NCBI GenBank assembly: GCA_965242925.1 | Contig: CBDEUM010000038.1 | Location: 1 to 64,000 of the forward strand | From: Roseibacillus sp. | Lineage (GTDB): Bacteria > Verrucomicrobiota > Verrucomicrobiia > Verrucomicrobiales > Akkermansiaceae | DNA length: 64,000 nucleotides | Direction: 5' to 3' | In this document: positions 41,752 to 51,480 of the stretch, piece by piece | How the letters are laid out: every line of letters begins with the position of its first letter | Numbering within the stretch: position 1 is the first letter of the stretch | The notes under the pieces: model-generated | What the model was told of the DNA's origin: nothing | The model's database searches: none | What the model saw: only the letters and a program-made list of their open reading frames with translations | Made by a program: the position numbers and the translations under genes

Positions 41752-42503
41752 ACCTCTGGTGTCTACATGGGGCAGTGGGAATGGCTGCCGATTGGGATCA
41801 CCTTGCCGAACGGATGGCAGTATCTGGACATGAGGTGAAGGCCCTTGATCTGTGGAGTTATCTGGAAGGCGGGGAGTGCAGCTTCCAGGAATTCGGACGG
41901 AAAATCTGTGAGGAGGCCCGGCGGGAAGAGCATCCGCCGTTACTGGTTGGTTACTCCATGGGCGGACGACTCGCGTTGCACGCCCTGCTTGAAGACAGCG
42001 AAGCCTGGAGCGGGGCGATGATCGTTTCTGCTCATCCTGGGCTGCAGGATGAGGGGGAACGGCTCCTCAGGATGGCGACTGACGCGGAGTGGGCGGGGAA
42101 GGCCCTGACCGCTCCCTGGGGGGAGTTTCTCGAGCAGTGGGAGTCTCAGTTCGTCCTGCAGGGAAAGTGCATGGTATCTCCGGCGGATCGGCGTCATCTG
42201 GAGAGCAGGAGGGAAGCGGTGGCACGGGGATTTACTTCATGGACGCTGGGGAAACAGGCTGACCTGAGATCCTTCCTGCAGGAGGTGGCACAGCCCGTGG
42301 TCTGGGTGAGTGGTGTCCGGGACCACAAATTCACCGTTCTAGCGGAGGAACTCTGGGCGGGCATGCCGAATGCCTTTCACCTTGGCCCCGTGGAGGCAGG
42401 GCATCGCGTCCCCTGGGAGGCCCCGGATGATTTTACAAACTGTGTCGAGCACTTGCTGGACATCGCCAATCGATGGTTGCAGAGCGCCGGGGCGGGGGCA
42501 TGA
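41748..42503 (+). CDS. menH: SHCHC synthase (alpha/beta hydrolase)
   Basis: [23 protein letters not shown] overlap with menD stop. Confidence 0.88.
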   Translation: MNLWCLHGAVGMAADWDHLAERMAVSGHEVKALDLWSYLEGGECSFQEFGRKICEEARREEHPPLLVGYSMGGRLALHALLEDSEAWSGAMIVSAHPGLQDEGERLLRMATDAEWAGKALTAPWGEFLEQWESQFVLQGKCMVSPADRRHLESRREAVARGFTSWTLGKQADLRSFLQEVAQPVVWVSGVRDHKFTVLAEELWAGMPNAFHLGPVEAGHRVPWEAPDDFTNCVEHLLDIANRWLQSAGAGA

Positions 42504-42510
42504 TCCCGGC

Positions 42511-43329
42511 GTGAACTGGATTCCCGCAGCTGAATTTGAAGATATTCGCTATGAAAAGGGCGAAGACGGACAGATCGCCAAGGTGACCATCAACCGTCCC
42601 GAGGTGCGCAACGCCTTTCGGCCGCTGACCGTGAAGGAGCTTCTGCATGCTTTCGAACTTGCTCATGAAGATGAGGAAGTGGGAGTGGTGATCCTTTGCG
42701 GCGAAGGAGAGAAGGCCTTCTGTTCGGGAGGCGATCAGAAAGTGCGCGGCGAAGGAGGATATGTGGGAGGGGACGGTGTTCCCCGGCTCAACATATTGGA
42801 CTTGCAGAAGAAGATCCGGAGCCTGCCAAAACCGGTGGTGGCCATGGTCGCCGGCTACGCAATAGGAGGCGGGCACGTTCTGCATGTGGTGTGTGATCTG
42901 ACGATCGCGGCGGATAATGCGTGCTTCGGGCAGACCGGTCCCAGGGTGGGGAGTTTCGACGGTGGGCTCGGATCGAGCTATCTCGCGCGTATTGTGGGAC
43001 AGAAGAAGGCGCGTGAAATCTGGTTCCTGTGTCGCCAGTATGATGCCGCCCAAGCCCTTGAAATGGGGCTCGTGAACGAGGTTGTGGCACTTGCGGAACT
43101 GGAGGAGACCACTGTGCAATGCTGCCGCGAAATCCTGCAGCACTCGCCTCTGGCACTGCGCTGCCTCAAGGCGGCTCTCAACGCGGATTGCGACGGCCAG
43201 ATGGGACTGCTCGATTTTGCCGGCAACGCCACTCTGCTCTATTACCTCACCGAGGAAGCGCAGGAAGGAAAGGAGGCCTTCCTGGAGAAGCGTCCCCCGG
43301 ATTTCAGAAAGTTCCCCCGTTTTCCATAA
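42511..43329 (+). CDS. menB: 1,4-dihydroxy-2-naphthoyl-CoA synthase
   Basis: [39 protein letters not shown]. Confidence 0.97.
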   Translation: MNWIPAAEFEDIRYEKGEDGQIAKVTINRPEVRNAFRPLTVKELLHAFELAHEDEEVGVVILCGEGEKAFCSGGDQKVRGEGGYVGGDGVPRLNILDLQKKIRSLPKPVVAMVAGYAIGGGHVLHVVCDLTIAADNACFGQTGPRVGSFDGGLGSSYLARIVGQKKAREIWFLCRQYDAAQALEMGLVNEVVALAELEETTVQCCREILQHSPLALRCLKAALNADCDGQMGLLDFAGNATLLYYLTEEAQEGKEAFLEKRPPDFRKFPRFP

Positions 43330-43338
43330 CTGGAAGAG

Positions 43339-44211
43339 ATGCTGAAGAGCTATTTCCTCGCGGCCCGTCCCAGGACCCTGCCGGCCGCCATTGTTCCGGT
43401 TTGGGTGGGGTGCGTCCTAGCCTGGAAATTTGTGGGGGGGTTAGACTGGGTTCTTGCCCTCTTCACCCTGCTTGGCGCTCTTTGCGTTCAGATTGCGACG
43501 AATTTTTTCAACGATGCCATTGATCACGAGAAAGGAGCGGATACCCGGGAGCGCCTGGGCCCACAGCGGGCAACTGCCGGGGGTCTGTTGTCCCGGCGGG
43601 CGGTCTATGGTGGGGCGTTCATTTTTCTGTTTCTGGCCTTCCTTGCCTCCGTGCCCCTCATTCAATCCCGGGGCTGGGTCATTATTGCGATTGGATTGCC
43701 GTCCCTCTACCTGACCTACGGCTATACCGGTGGTCCCGTTCCGCTGGCTTACCTCGGATTGGGTGAGCTTTTTGTGATCCTATTTTTCGGAATGGTGGCA
43801 GTGGGTGGAACCTTTTACGTCCAGACTGGAGAATGGCTCTGGCCTGCGGGCGTGGTGGGCCTGCAGGTGGGATTGCTCAGTGCGGTCCTCATCGCCATCA
43901 ACAATCTGCGCGACTTGAAGGAGGACCGGGAAAGTGGAAAAAAAACGGTGGCAGTTCGCCTGGGTCCGGGGGTGCTCCAGCAAATGGCCGGTGGATTTGT
44001 CATCCTGGCCATGATCCTCAGTCTCTGCGGGCATTATTATGGGGCAGGCTGGTTCTTTTTGCTCAGCGTTCCATGGTTCGCGGTGGGAGTGACCTGCATA
44101 TGCGGGGTAAAGGCCTCGCCTCCCGGACGGCACTACAATCGTTACCTCGCAGGCGCGGCCCTGCAGCTTGTGCTTTTTGCGGTTCTCTTCACCGTGGCGG
44201 TTGCGATTTAG
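43339..44211 (+). CDS. menA: 1,4-dihydroxy-2-naphthoate prenyltransferase
   Basis: AARPRTL, NFFNDAID..KGAD, YTGGP.PLAY.GLGE, NNLRD..ED..SGKKT. Confidence 0.93.
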   Translation: MLKSYFLAARPRTLPAAIVPVWVGCVLAWKFVGGLDWVLALFTLLGALCVQIATNFFNDAIDHEKGADTRERLGPQRATAGGLLSRRAVYGGAFIFLFLAFLASVPLIQSRGWVIIAIGLPSLYLTYGYTGGPVPLAYLGLGELFVILFFGMVAVGGTFYVQTGEWLWPAGVVGLQVGLLSAVLIAINNLRDLKEDRESGKKTVAVRLGPGVLQQMAGGFVILAMILSLCGHYYGAGWFFLLSVPWFAVGVTCICGVKASPPGRHYNRYLAGAALQLVLFAVLFTVAVAI

Positions 44212-44248
44212 CGGTGCGAATTCCACATGAGAGGCTAGATTTACCCAC

Positions 44249-45202
44249 GTGCGAGAGCCGATTCATGTATGGCGTTACGCCCTGAAGAGCAGGGCGGAGC
44301 TCAATGCGGTCTCGGGGCGGACGGAGTATGAAGGGGCTCTCATCCGTATTGGTGACGGTTTTGGATGCCTTCATCCCTGGCCCGAACTGGGAGATCCGGG
44401 ACTGGAAGATCTTCTCGCCGAACTGTGCAATGATGCGGTGGTGTCAGGGCTTGCGAAGGAGGCGGTGAGCATGTCTACCCTCGACGCCCGCTGGCGTCAC
44501 AGGGGGGAGTCGATGCTCGATGAGGCGGAGCAGGACATTCCGGAAAGTCATGCAACACTTCCCGAGTGCACCGTGGAGACGGTGACGGAGGCGGTTGGCA
44601 GGGGGTTTTCGGTGATGAAAGTGAAGGGTCGTCGCGACTTTCCGGAATTGGCCGAACGGATCGATGAGTTATCGCGTCACTGGCCGCATTTGATGTGGCG
44701 GATCGACTTCAATGAAGTCCTTACCAGGGATGAGACTCTCGAATTCGCCCGGGGGATGACGGATCACGCAAGGAAGCGGATCGATTTCCTGGAAGATCCC
44801 TGTCCCTGGAAGGAAGAGGATTGGGAGGAGATCCGGCGTGTTGCCCGACTCCAACTGGCTCTTGACCGCAGGGTTTGCTGGCCGGCTCCAGGCGCAGACG
44901 TTCTGGTAATCAAGCCGGCACGGGGTGATGTCGCTACGAGTCTCTGGGAAAGCAAGAGGTTGGTATTTACCAGTAACATGGATCATCCGCTGGGGCAGTG
45001 CTTTGCGGCCTGGCGGGCTGGACAGCTGGTATCCAGTGGATCAACGGTGGACATCTGCGGACTGCAGACGCACGAGCTCTTCGAGCCTAACGAGTTTTCC
45101 GAGCGACTCGGGACGGCGAAACCCCGCTTTACTTCGCCCGGTGGGACCGGATTGGGATTTGATGACCTGTTGGAAAAGTTGCCATGGAAGCGTCTGACTT
45201 GA
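44249..45202 (+). CDS. menC: o-succinylbenzoate synthase (enolase superfamily)
   Basis: KVK, RIDFN, FLEDP, ALD, VIKP motifs; position in the men cluster. Confidence 0.85.
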   Translation: MREPIHVWRYALKSRAELNAVSGRTEYEGALIRIGDGFGCLHPWPELGDPGLEDLLAELCNDAVVSGLAKEAVSMSTLDARWRHRGESMLDEAEQDIPESHATLPECTVETVTEAVGRGFSVMKVKGRRDFPELAERIDELSRHWPHLMWRIDFNEVLTRDETLEFARGMTDHARKRIDFLEDPCPWKEEDWEEIRRVARLQLALDRRVCWPAPGADVLVIKPARGDVATSLWESKRLVFTSNMDHPLGQCFAAWRAGQLVSSGSTVDICGLQTHELFEPNEFSERLGTAKPRFTSPGGTGLGFDDLLEKLPWKRLT

Positions 45203-46305
45203 GAGGATCGGCTTTCTGGGAGTCTGGTGACTGTCGGGTTCTGGCTCCGCCCCACCTTGAGCAGGAGGGGGTTGAGCTGGGCAGGAAACTGGCAGGGGAA
45301 GATGCGGTTGTCTTTGCCACCTCCGGGTCCTGTGGATTGCCCAAGTGGGTGCTCTTCCGTCGCGCGGCCCTTCTTTCCTCGGCCGAGGCTGTGAATCGCC
45401 ACCTCCAGGTCACCTCCGATGATCTCCTTCTGGTTCCTCTTCCGTTATATCACGTGGGTGGATTTGGGATGGCGGCCCGGGCTTATGTTGCCGGGTGTGC
45501 GCTGCGCCGGTTCCCTGGCAGTTGGGATGCGCTGCGATTCGCGGAGGAACTGGAGAAACAGGAGTGCACTCTTACTTCACTGGTGCCCACCCAGGTACAC
45601 GACCTTGTTGCCTGCGAACTGAAAGCTCCGTCCTCATTGCGGGCGGTGGTGGTGGGCGGAGCTGGCATGGATGAAAGGGAGGGGCAGGCGGCCCGTGACC
45701 TTGGTTGGCCTCTCCTTCAAAGTTACGGAATGACGGAGGCAGCCTCTCAGGTGGCTACCGATTTGCCGGGAAACCTCAGCCAGGACTTTCGGGTGGCGCC
45801 ACTTTCAATCCTCTCGGGCTGGGAGTGCCGGGTGGGGGAGAATGGATGCCTCCAGTTGCGCGGGAAGGCCCTTTTCGAGTGTTACCTCCAGTGGGAGAAC
45901 GGCCAGATGTGTCGCAACGGGAAGAAGGATGGGGAGGGTTGGTTTGCCAGCAGCGATCTGGTGGAGTTAAGAGGAACAGAGCTCACCATGCGCGGCCGGG
46001 CGGATCGGAGGATCAAGATTCTGGGGGAATTGGTTGACGTGCAGGCCTTGGAAGGGGAACTGCGTGCGCTTCTCGAAAAGGGCGAAGTTCATGTTCTTCC
46101 TGTGCCCGATGGGCGCCGGGGCTGGCGCCTCCTGCCCGTGGTTGAACAGGGAAGTGGCGAAGTGGGGCATTTCGTCCGGATACTCAACCAGAGGATGCCC
46201 GGATTTTCCCGGCTGGAGCCGGTGTGCGTGGTTGAGCGTTTGCCCCGGACAGATCTGGGCAAAATCGACGTGGCCGTCCTCCGTGAAGAAATTGAGGAAA
46301 GATAG
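45184..46305 (+). CDS. menE: o-succinylbenzoate-CoA ligase (AMP-binding)
   Basis: TSGSCGLPK, PLYHVGG, SLVPTQ, SYGMTEAASQ, GRADR.IK..GE, LPRT..GK. Confidence 0.88.
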   Translation: MEASDLRGSAFWESGDCRVLAPPHLEQEGVELGRKLAGEDAVVFATSGSCGLPKWVLFRRAALLSSAEAVNRHLQVTSDDLLLVPLPLYHVGGFGMAARAYVAGCALRRFPGSWDALRFAEELEKQECTLTSLVPTQVHDLVACELKAPSSLRAVVVGGAGMDEREGQAARDLGWPLLQSYGMTEAASQVATDLPGNLSQDFRVAPLSILSGWECRVGENGCLQLRGKALFECYLQWENGQMCRNGKKDGEGWFASSDLVELRGTELTMRGRADRRIKILGELVDVQALEGELRALLEKGEVHVLPVPDGRRGWRLLPVVEQGSGEVGHFVRILNQRMPGFSRLEPVCVVERLPRTDLGKIDVAVLREEIEER

Positions 46306-46356
46306 GGATTGCGCTCCCGTTGACAGAGGCGAACGAGTAATTAGACTTCTCTTCCC

Positions 46357-46956
46357 GTGAGGAACAAGCACCTATGCCTTTGTCTTCTGCTGGCCTTTGT
46401 TCTGGGGCCGGTATTCAGTGGCTGTTCGGGTCGCGGGAGAGCGTACAAGGAGTCCCGGCGGTCGCCCTCATGGGCGAGGGTAATCAAGCAGGAACTGCAA
46501 GCCCTTGGCTATCGGAACTGGATCGTGATCGGGGATGCCGCCTTTCCGCTCCACAGCCGCCCCGGGGTGCGCACCATTTTTATCAATGATGAAATTCCGA
46601 TAGTTCTGCAGGAGGTGCTTGATGAATTGGAACGTGTGCAGAATGTGAGCCCGAGAATTTACCTGGCACGTGAGCTGGCAGAAATTCCAAACGATCGCGC
46701 GCCCGGGATCGGACAGTATCGACGTAGGATCGAAGGGGCCTTGCGCGGTTATCCCGCGCGGGAAATGGAATTCCGATCGCTCTCTCTCCTGCTTGAGGAT
46801 AGCGCCAACAAATTCACAGTTCTAGTGTTCAAGACTAGTACGGCTCTTCCCTATTCGGGAATCTTCATTGAATTGGATAGCGGTTACTGGGATCCGGAAT
46901 CCGAGCGGGATATGCGGGAGCGACTGGAAAAGAAACTCCGCATCGAATCGACCTAG
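46357..46956 (+). CDS. RbsD/FucU-like domain lipoprotein
   Basis: Lipobox FSGC; LGYRNWIVIGDAAFP and FKTSTALPYSGIFIE resemble RbsD/FucU motifs. Confidence 0.65.
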   Translation: MRNKHLCLCLLLAFVLGPVFSGCSGRGRAYKESRRSPSWARVIKQELQALGYRNWIVIGDAAFPLHSRPGVRTIFINDEIPIVLQEVLDELERVQNVSPRIYLARELAEIPNDRAPGIGQYRRRIEGALRGYPAREMEFRSLSLLLEDSANKFTVLVFKTSTALPYSGIFIELDSGYWDPESERDMRERLEKKLRIEST

Positions 46957-46965
46957 TTCCTCTCC

Positions 46966-47286
46966 ATGAAGCACAACGAAGAACAGTTGACCCGGGAGCG
47001 GGAAGAAGCCTGGATAGGTGATGCAGTCCTTGCGCTTTTTGTGCGGGAGTGGATCCTGAAGGAGGATGAAGAGCTTGATGGAGACAAGTTCATCCGGTTC
47101 ACCTCCAATGAATTCCTGCGAGCGACCGGTAATCCGACCCGGGTGGAGGCCGGCATCGGACGGATCTACCGGAGTGAGGGGCTGCAGGGAGCCTTTGATT
47201 TCATTCGCGGGAATCTCCTCCCGATATTCCTGCGACAGGAGAAGGTGCGCGAGCGACGTTTGGGGAGTGGGAATCTCAGGGGCTGA
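46966..47286 (+). CDS. Minimal ribonuclease III domain protein
   Basis: AWIGDAVLALFVRE and VEAGIGRIY motifs; no dsRBD. Confidence 0.7.
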   Translation: MKHNEEQLTREREEAWIGDAVLALFVREWILKEDEELDGDKFIRFTSNEFLRATGNPTRVEAGIGRIYRSEGLQGAFDFIRGNLLPIFLRQEKVRERRLGSGNLRG

Positions 47287-47932
47287 GCCGTGACATCTTC
47301 CATCCCTCATCTTCCCGGGTGTAGGACAGTCGGTCATGGATCCTGTTGGGGCGGCCCTGCCAGAACTCAATGTAAAAAGGGTTGACCCGGTAACCGCCCC
47401 AGAAGGGAGGGAGGGGGACTTCCGTGCCCTCGGGCCACTTGGCCAGCAACTCCGCTTCGCGTTGCTGGAGGTGGGCCCGATTAGGAATCACGGAGGTCTG
47501 GTTCTCCGAAACCCAGGCGCCGATCTTGGCTCCGTGTGGCCTGTCATGAAAGTAGTCCCTGGATTCATGTTCGCTCGTCCTGCTCACCGTTCCACGGATG
47601 ATGACCTGTCGCTCGAGCTCCCGCCAGTGGATGACGAGAGAAGCCTCGGGATTGGCTTCCAGGTCGCGGGCCTTACGTGATCCGTAGTTTGTGAAAAAGC
47701 AGAAGCCACCCTCGTCAAGACCCTTGAGGAGGACGATGCGGGCGGAGGGTCGGCCGTCGGCGTCGGCAGTGGCCAGGGTCATCGCGTTGGGTTCGACGAC
47801 TTCGGCGTCCACCGCCTCGTCTAGCCATTTGTCAAATTGGGGGAAGGGGGCGAGAGCGGCGTCCTCTTCGGTCAGACCGTCTCTGGAGTAATTTTCGCGC
47901 AGTTCGGACAGGATGGCTCGATGCTTGCTCAT
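47276..47932 (-). CDS. pdxH: Pyridoxamine 5'-phosphate oxidase
   Basis: LRENY, EPNAMTLAT, RIVLLKG, FFTNYGSRK, WGGY, EFWQGR..R.HDR, RLSP. Confidence 0.96.
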   Translation of the reverse strand: MSKHRAILSELRENYSRDGLTEEDAALAPFPQFDKWLDEAVDAEVVEPNAMTLATADADGRPSARIVLLKGLDEGGFCFFTNYGSRKARDLEANPEASLVIHWRELERQVIIRGTVSRTSEHESRDYFHDRPHGAKIGAWVSENQTSVIPNRAHLQQREAELLAKWPEGTEVPLPPFWGGYRVNPFYIEFWQGRPNRIHDRLSYTREDEGWKMSRLSP

Positions 47933-48017
47933 TCGGTTGTCTATATACCTACCCGGATCTGAAATCAGGAGAATAATTGCTTCGGCCGTGATGGGATCAG
48001 TCGTAGCGTTGCTGGAG

Positions 48018-49730
48018 ATGCGGATCTCGGTGGTCATCCCGGTCCATGAAGACCGGTTGGAGGTGTGCGAACTGGCATTACGTCTGGAGCTTCAGGAAGG
48101 GGACGAATTGATCGTGGTGGATTCCTCTTGCTGCGATCCCGTCCAGCGAGACGATCTGCCCGGGGGAGCGAAACTCATGCACTCCACCGGGATCAACCGG
48201 GCCCATCAGCAAAACCTGGGAGCAGGGAAGGCTCACGGGGAGATTCTTTTGTTTCTTCATGCCGACATGACTCTACCCGTTGGTTCCCTGGTTCGCCTGC
48301 GTGAATCCATGATGGACGAGGGCGTGGCAGGTGGTGGCTTCCTGCGCTACTTTGACTCGCCGTCGAAGTTCCTCCGATGGACATGTCGACTGGCGGCCTT
48401 GCGCAGTGGTCTTCTCGGATGGTTTCTGGGCGATCAGGCGCTCTTTGTGCGGAGAGAGGCCTTCGAGAGGGTGGGGGGATTCAGGCTACTCGTCGCCTTC
48501 GAGGACTTTGATCTCTGCCGACGGTTGAAGAGGCTGGGCCGATTGCGTGTCCTCACTCCTCCTGTAATCTCCTCGGCGCGGCGTTTTGCAGCAGGAGAGG
48601 TTCGGCGCAGTCTGCAGGATTTTCTCCTTGTTTTGCGTTATTGTATCCAGGGAAAAAAGCCATTCCGATGGATACGCACCGAAGAAATGAAAAAGGAATG
48701 GGAGCCTCCGGGCAGTGATGCCGGGATGGAGAATGTTGCTGGAGAAGTTGAGACCCGGGAAGTTGCAACGTCGGTGAATACGTTTGACAGGGTTCTTGAC
48801 GAAGAGGGGGTGTCGCTGCAGAGGATTTTTCCGGAGGTGTTGCAGATCAATGTCGGCAAACTCTGCAACCTGACCTGCATTCACTGCCATGTGGATGCGG
48901 GGCCAAAGCGGCGGGAGATCATGACGCGCGAGACCGTGGAAGGCATTCTCAAATGGCTGGACGGGCCGGGTGCAGAGGTCGGAACGGTGGATCTCACCGG
49001 TGGCGCTCCGGAGATGATCCCGGACTTCCGTTACCTCGTCACGGAAGTGAAGAGCCGTGGCCGGCATGTCGTGGATCGCTGCAACCTCACCATTCTTCTG
49101 GAGAGTGGTTACGAGGATCTGGCAGAGTTCCTGCAAGGGCACGAAGTGGAAATTGTGGCATCCATGCCCTGTTACGAACCCGATAATGTGGAACAACAAC
49201 GGGGGGAGGGGGTCTTCGATGCCAGCATCAAGGCCCTGCAACTGCTCAACCACCTCGGCTACGGCCGGGAGGATTCGCTTCCACTTCACCTCGTCTACAA
49301 TCCCAACGGAGCCTTCCTTCCGGGCGATCAGTCCGAACTGGAAGCAGCCTACAAGGAGCAATTACGCAAAGTCTTCGGGATCGAATTCCACAGGCTATAC
49401 ACCATCACGAATCTTCCGATTGCGCGTTTTGCGTCCTGGTTGCGGCACAATAACGGGTTCGAGGACTACATGGGCGTGCTTCGTGACGGATTCAATCCGT
49501 CCACGGTGGAGGGATTGATGTGTCGCAATACCATCAGCGTGGGCTGGCGGGGTGAAGTGTACGATTGCGACTTCAATCAGCAACTGGGCATGCAGTTGAG
49601 TAACGGGAAGCCACTCTTCCTGAGGGAGCTCGATCTCACTGAGTTCGCCGAATTGAAAATTCTCACCGCAGAGCACTGCTTCGGATGCACCGCGGGAGCA
49701 GGATCGAGTTGCGGTGGAGCGCTCGTGTGA
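48018..49730 (+). CDS. arsS: Apparent fusion: GT2 glycosyltransferase (TIGR04283-like) + ArsS-type radical SAM protein (TIGR04167/DUF3641-like)
   Basis: N-half ISVVIP, IVVD, RAHQQNLGA, LFLHAD, GDQALFVRR, ED, SARRF. C-half QINVGKLCNLTCIHCHVDAGP, DLTGGAPE, DRCNLT, MCR...YDCDFNQ, HCFGCTAGAGSSCGG. Confidence 0.85.
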   Translation: MRISVVIPVHEDRLEVCELALRLELQEGDELIVVDSSCCDPVQRDDLPGGAKLMHSTGINRAHQQNLGAGKAHGEILLFLHADMTLPVGSLVRLRESMMDEGVAGGGFLRYFDSPSKFLRWTCRLAALRSGLLGWFLGDQALFVRREAFERVGGFRLLVAFEDFDLCRRLKRLGRLRVLTPPVISSARRFAAGEVRRSLQDFLLVLRYCIQGKKPFRWIRTEEMKKEWEPPGSDAGMENVAGEVETREVATSVNTFDRVLDEEGVSLQRIFPEVLQINVGKLCNLTCIHCHVDAGPKRREIMTRETVEGILKWLDGPGAEVGTVDLTGGAPEMIPDFRYLVTEVKSRGRHVVDRCNLTILLESGYEDLAEFLQGHEVEIVASMPCYEPDNVEQQRGEGVFDASIKALQLLNHLGYGREDSLPLHLVYNPNGAFLPGDQSELEAAYKEQLRKVFGIEFHRLYTITNLPIARFASWLRHNNGFEDYMGVLRDGFNPSTVEGLMCRNTISVGWRGEVYDCDFNQQLGMQLSNGKPLFLRELDLTEFAELKILTAEHCFGCTAGAGSSCGGALV

Positions 49731-49832
49731 GAAGAAACCCTTCCCAGGTGTCGCGGAAGTTGCATGGCCCACCGGTAGACTCTCAGGGAGTCGACCTGCA
49801 GGACCTGGGGAAACTGGCTGATCGGGATGCCT

Positions 49833-50552
49833 TTATTCTGCTGAAGAATCGACGATGCCATACTTGGCAAAGGCGTTTTCCATATCTGTTCCAGCCTCTT
49901 CCATTTCGCCTCCCAGTTCTCCCATCGTCTGGCCCCAATCCTGCATACTCAGCAAGAAGCCAGGGTCCTCCGCTACTTTTTCAGAGAACCACTCTCCCAC
50001 CGCTTCCTGACCGCCGGTCAGAATATCGATGGGAATGGGCATTTCTTCCAGGTGAGCGGTCATGTCGGCGGTTGCGTCCCGGAATTGCTCACTCGGTTCC
50101 TTGAGGTCTTCAGGCAGTCCTTCCGTTTTGACAGTCTTCAACTTGTCGCTCAGGGCATTCAGGTCACGCAACATGTCGAGCATTGCCAACGGATTCTGGC
50201 CTCTCCCTTCTTCCCAGTTTTCCATTCTCTTGATGAGTTTCAGAATGCCCTTATCCCTGAGTTCCGTCGTGAAGGCGACAACAGCCGGAGGAGTCGAGGT
50301 ATTGGCCTCGTTGTCCGTTGCTTCCTCCGGGGCCTCTGGCTCAACCGGTGCGGGTTCTTTTTCCGGGGCAGGTTTTACGGCGGCTTGCCCGGAACCAGTT
50401 TCTTTCGGGGGAGCACTGAACTTGGGCCTGCCACCGGGGCTCTCTTTTTTGTCGGGTGGATCCTGGGCAGATGGATCGTCCTCCTTGCCGCATGAATTCA
50501 GGAACACGAGGCTGAAGCAGAGGGCTGACAGGATTAAAAGTTGTTTCTTCAT
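49833..50552 (-). CDS. Hypothetical lipoprotein (Pro/Glu linker + helical domain)
   Basis: MKKQLLILSALCFSLVFLNSC lipoprotein-type signal. Confidence 0.7.
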   Translation of the reverse strand: MKKQLLILSALCFSLVFLNSCGKEDDPSAQDPPDKKESPGGRPKFSAPPKETGSGQAAVKPAPEKEPAPVEPEAPEEATDNEANTSTPPAVVAFTTELRDKGILKLIKRMENWEEGRGQNPLAMLDMLRDLNALSDKLKTVKTEGLPEDLKEPSEQFRDATADMTAHLEEMPIPIDILTGGQEAVGEWFSEKVAEDPGFLLSMQDWGQTMGELGGEMEEAGTDMENAFAKYGIVDSSAE

Positions 50553-50637
50553 GGATGCCTGACTAGCCACTTTTTTGAGGGTTATGGCGAGAAAATTTCC
50601 TATGGACGACTGAAATCAGGACTGCAGGATTTGTGGT

Positions 50638-51378
50638 TTACTCCCCAGGTGGCAGTGGGATGGTGAGCTGGCGGTGGAGTGCTTTCCTGGCAATCCTGGT
50701 GACCAGGATCGTGAGGATGAGGGTGGCGAGGAGGCCGAGACCGTAGAGAGTCCACTGGGAGGAGGTCTTTACGCCACCTGTCCCGGATGCGAGGGAAGCA
50801 ATGCTGCCCGCGAGGGAACCGAGGTAGACGTACATGAAGGTGCCCGGCAGCATGCCGATCCATGAGGCGATGAAGTAGCTCCCGAACTTTACCCGGGTGA
50901 GACCCAGACCGTAGTTGAGCAGGTTGTAGGGAAAGAGGGGAGAGAGACGCAGGAGGAAGACAATCATGGCTCCTTTCCTGCCGATGGCCTCGTTGATGGA
51001 GTGGAAGCGCGGGGAGTCCGCCATCTTTCCGGTGATCCATCCGCGGGCAAGATAACGCCCGATGAGAAAGGCAAGCGAAGCCCCTGTCACGGAAGCGAGA
51101 GAGACGATCACGGTTCCAGTGAATGGTCCGAAGAGAACACCGGCTGCCATCGTGATGAGGAGTCCCGGGACGAAGAGGACGGTGGCGGCGATGTAGAATC
51201 CGGAAAAAGTGACCGCGGTGAGGAAAGGATCGAGTTGTTCAATGTGCTCCAGGAAGGGGACGAGGAGATTCTTTACCCAAGTGCTGAATTTCGCGAACAC
51301 CCCGCCCAGTGATCCCGCAAGCATTGTTCCGGTAGTCAGGGCGAGAACGATCAGGTTTCGCGGTGAATTCAACGTCAT
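50638..51378 (-). CDS. TVP38/TMEM64 (DedA/VTT) family membrane protein
   Basis: PGLLITMAAGVLFG, GASLAFLIGRY, LLRLSPLFPYNLLNY.LG, GMLPGT. Confidence 0.9.
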   Translation of the reverse strand: MTLNSPRNLIVLALTTGTMLAGSLGGVFAKFSTWVKNLLVPFLEHIEQLDPFLTAVTFSGFYIAATVLFVPGLLITMAAGVLFGPFTGTVIVSLASVTGASLAFLIGRYLARGWITGKMADSPRFHSINEAIGRKGAMIVFLLRLSPLFPYNLLNYGLGLTRVKFGSYFIASWIGMLPGTFMYVYLGSLAGSIASLASGTGGVKTSSQWTLYGLGLLATLILTILVTRIARKALHRQLTIPLPPGE

Positions 51379-51480
51379 GTTACAGAGGGATCTCTGGTGT
51401 TGATTCCGGGAGCAGTCACACTGAAGTTTATTCCAATGCTTTGAGTTCCAGAAGCGCAAAGCAGGTGCTTAGATGGGCCC

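Noticed and set aside
49700..49730. Selenocysteine in the ArsS C-terminal GSS(C/U)GG motif
   Set aside because: The codon is TGC (Cys), not TGA.
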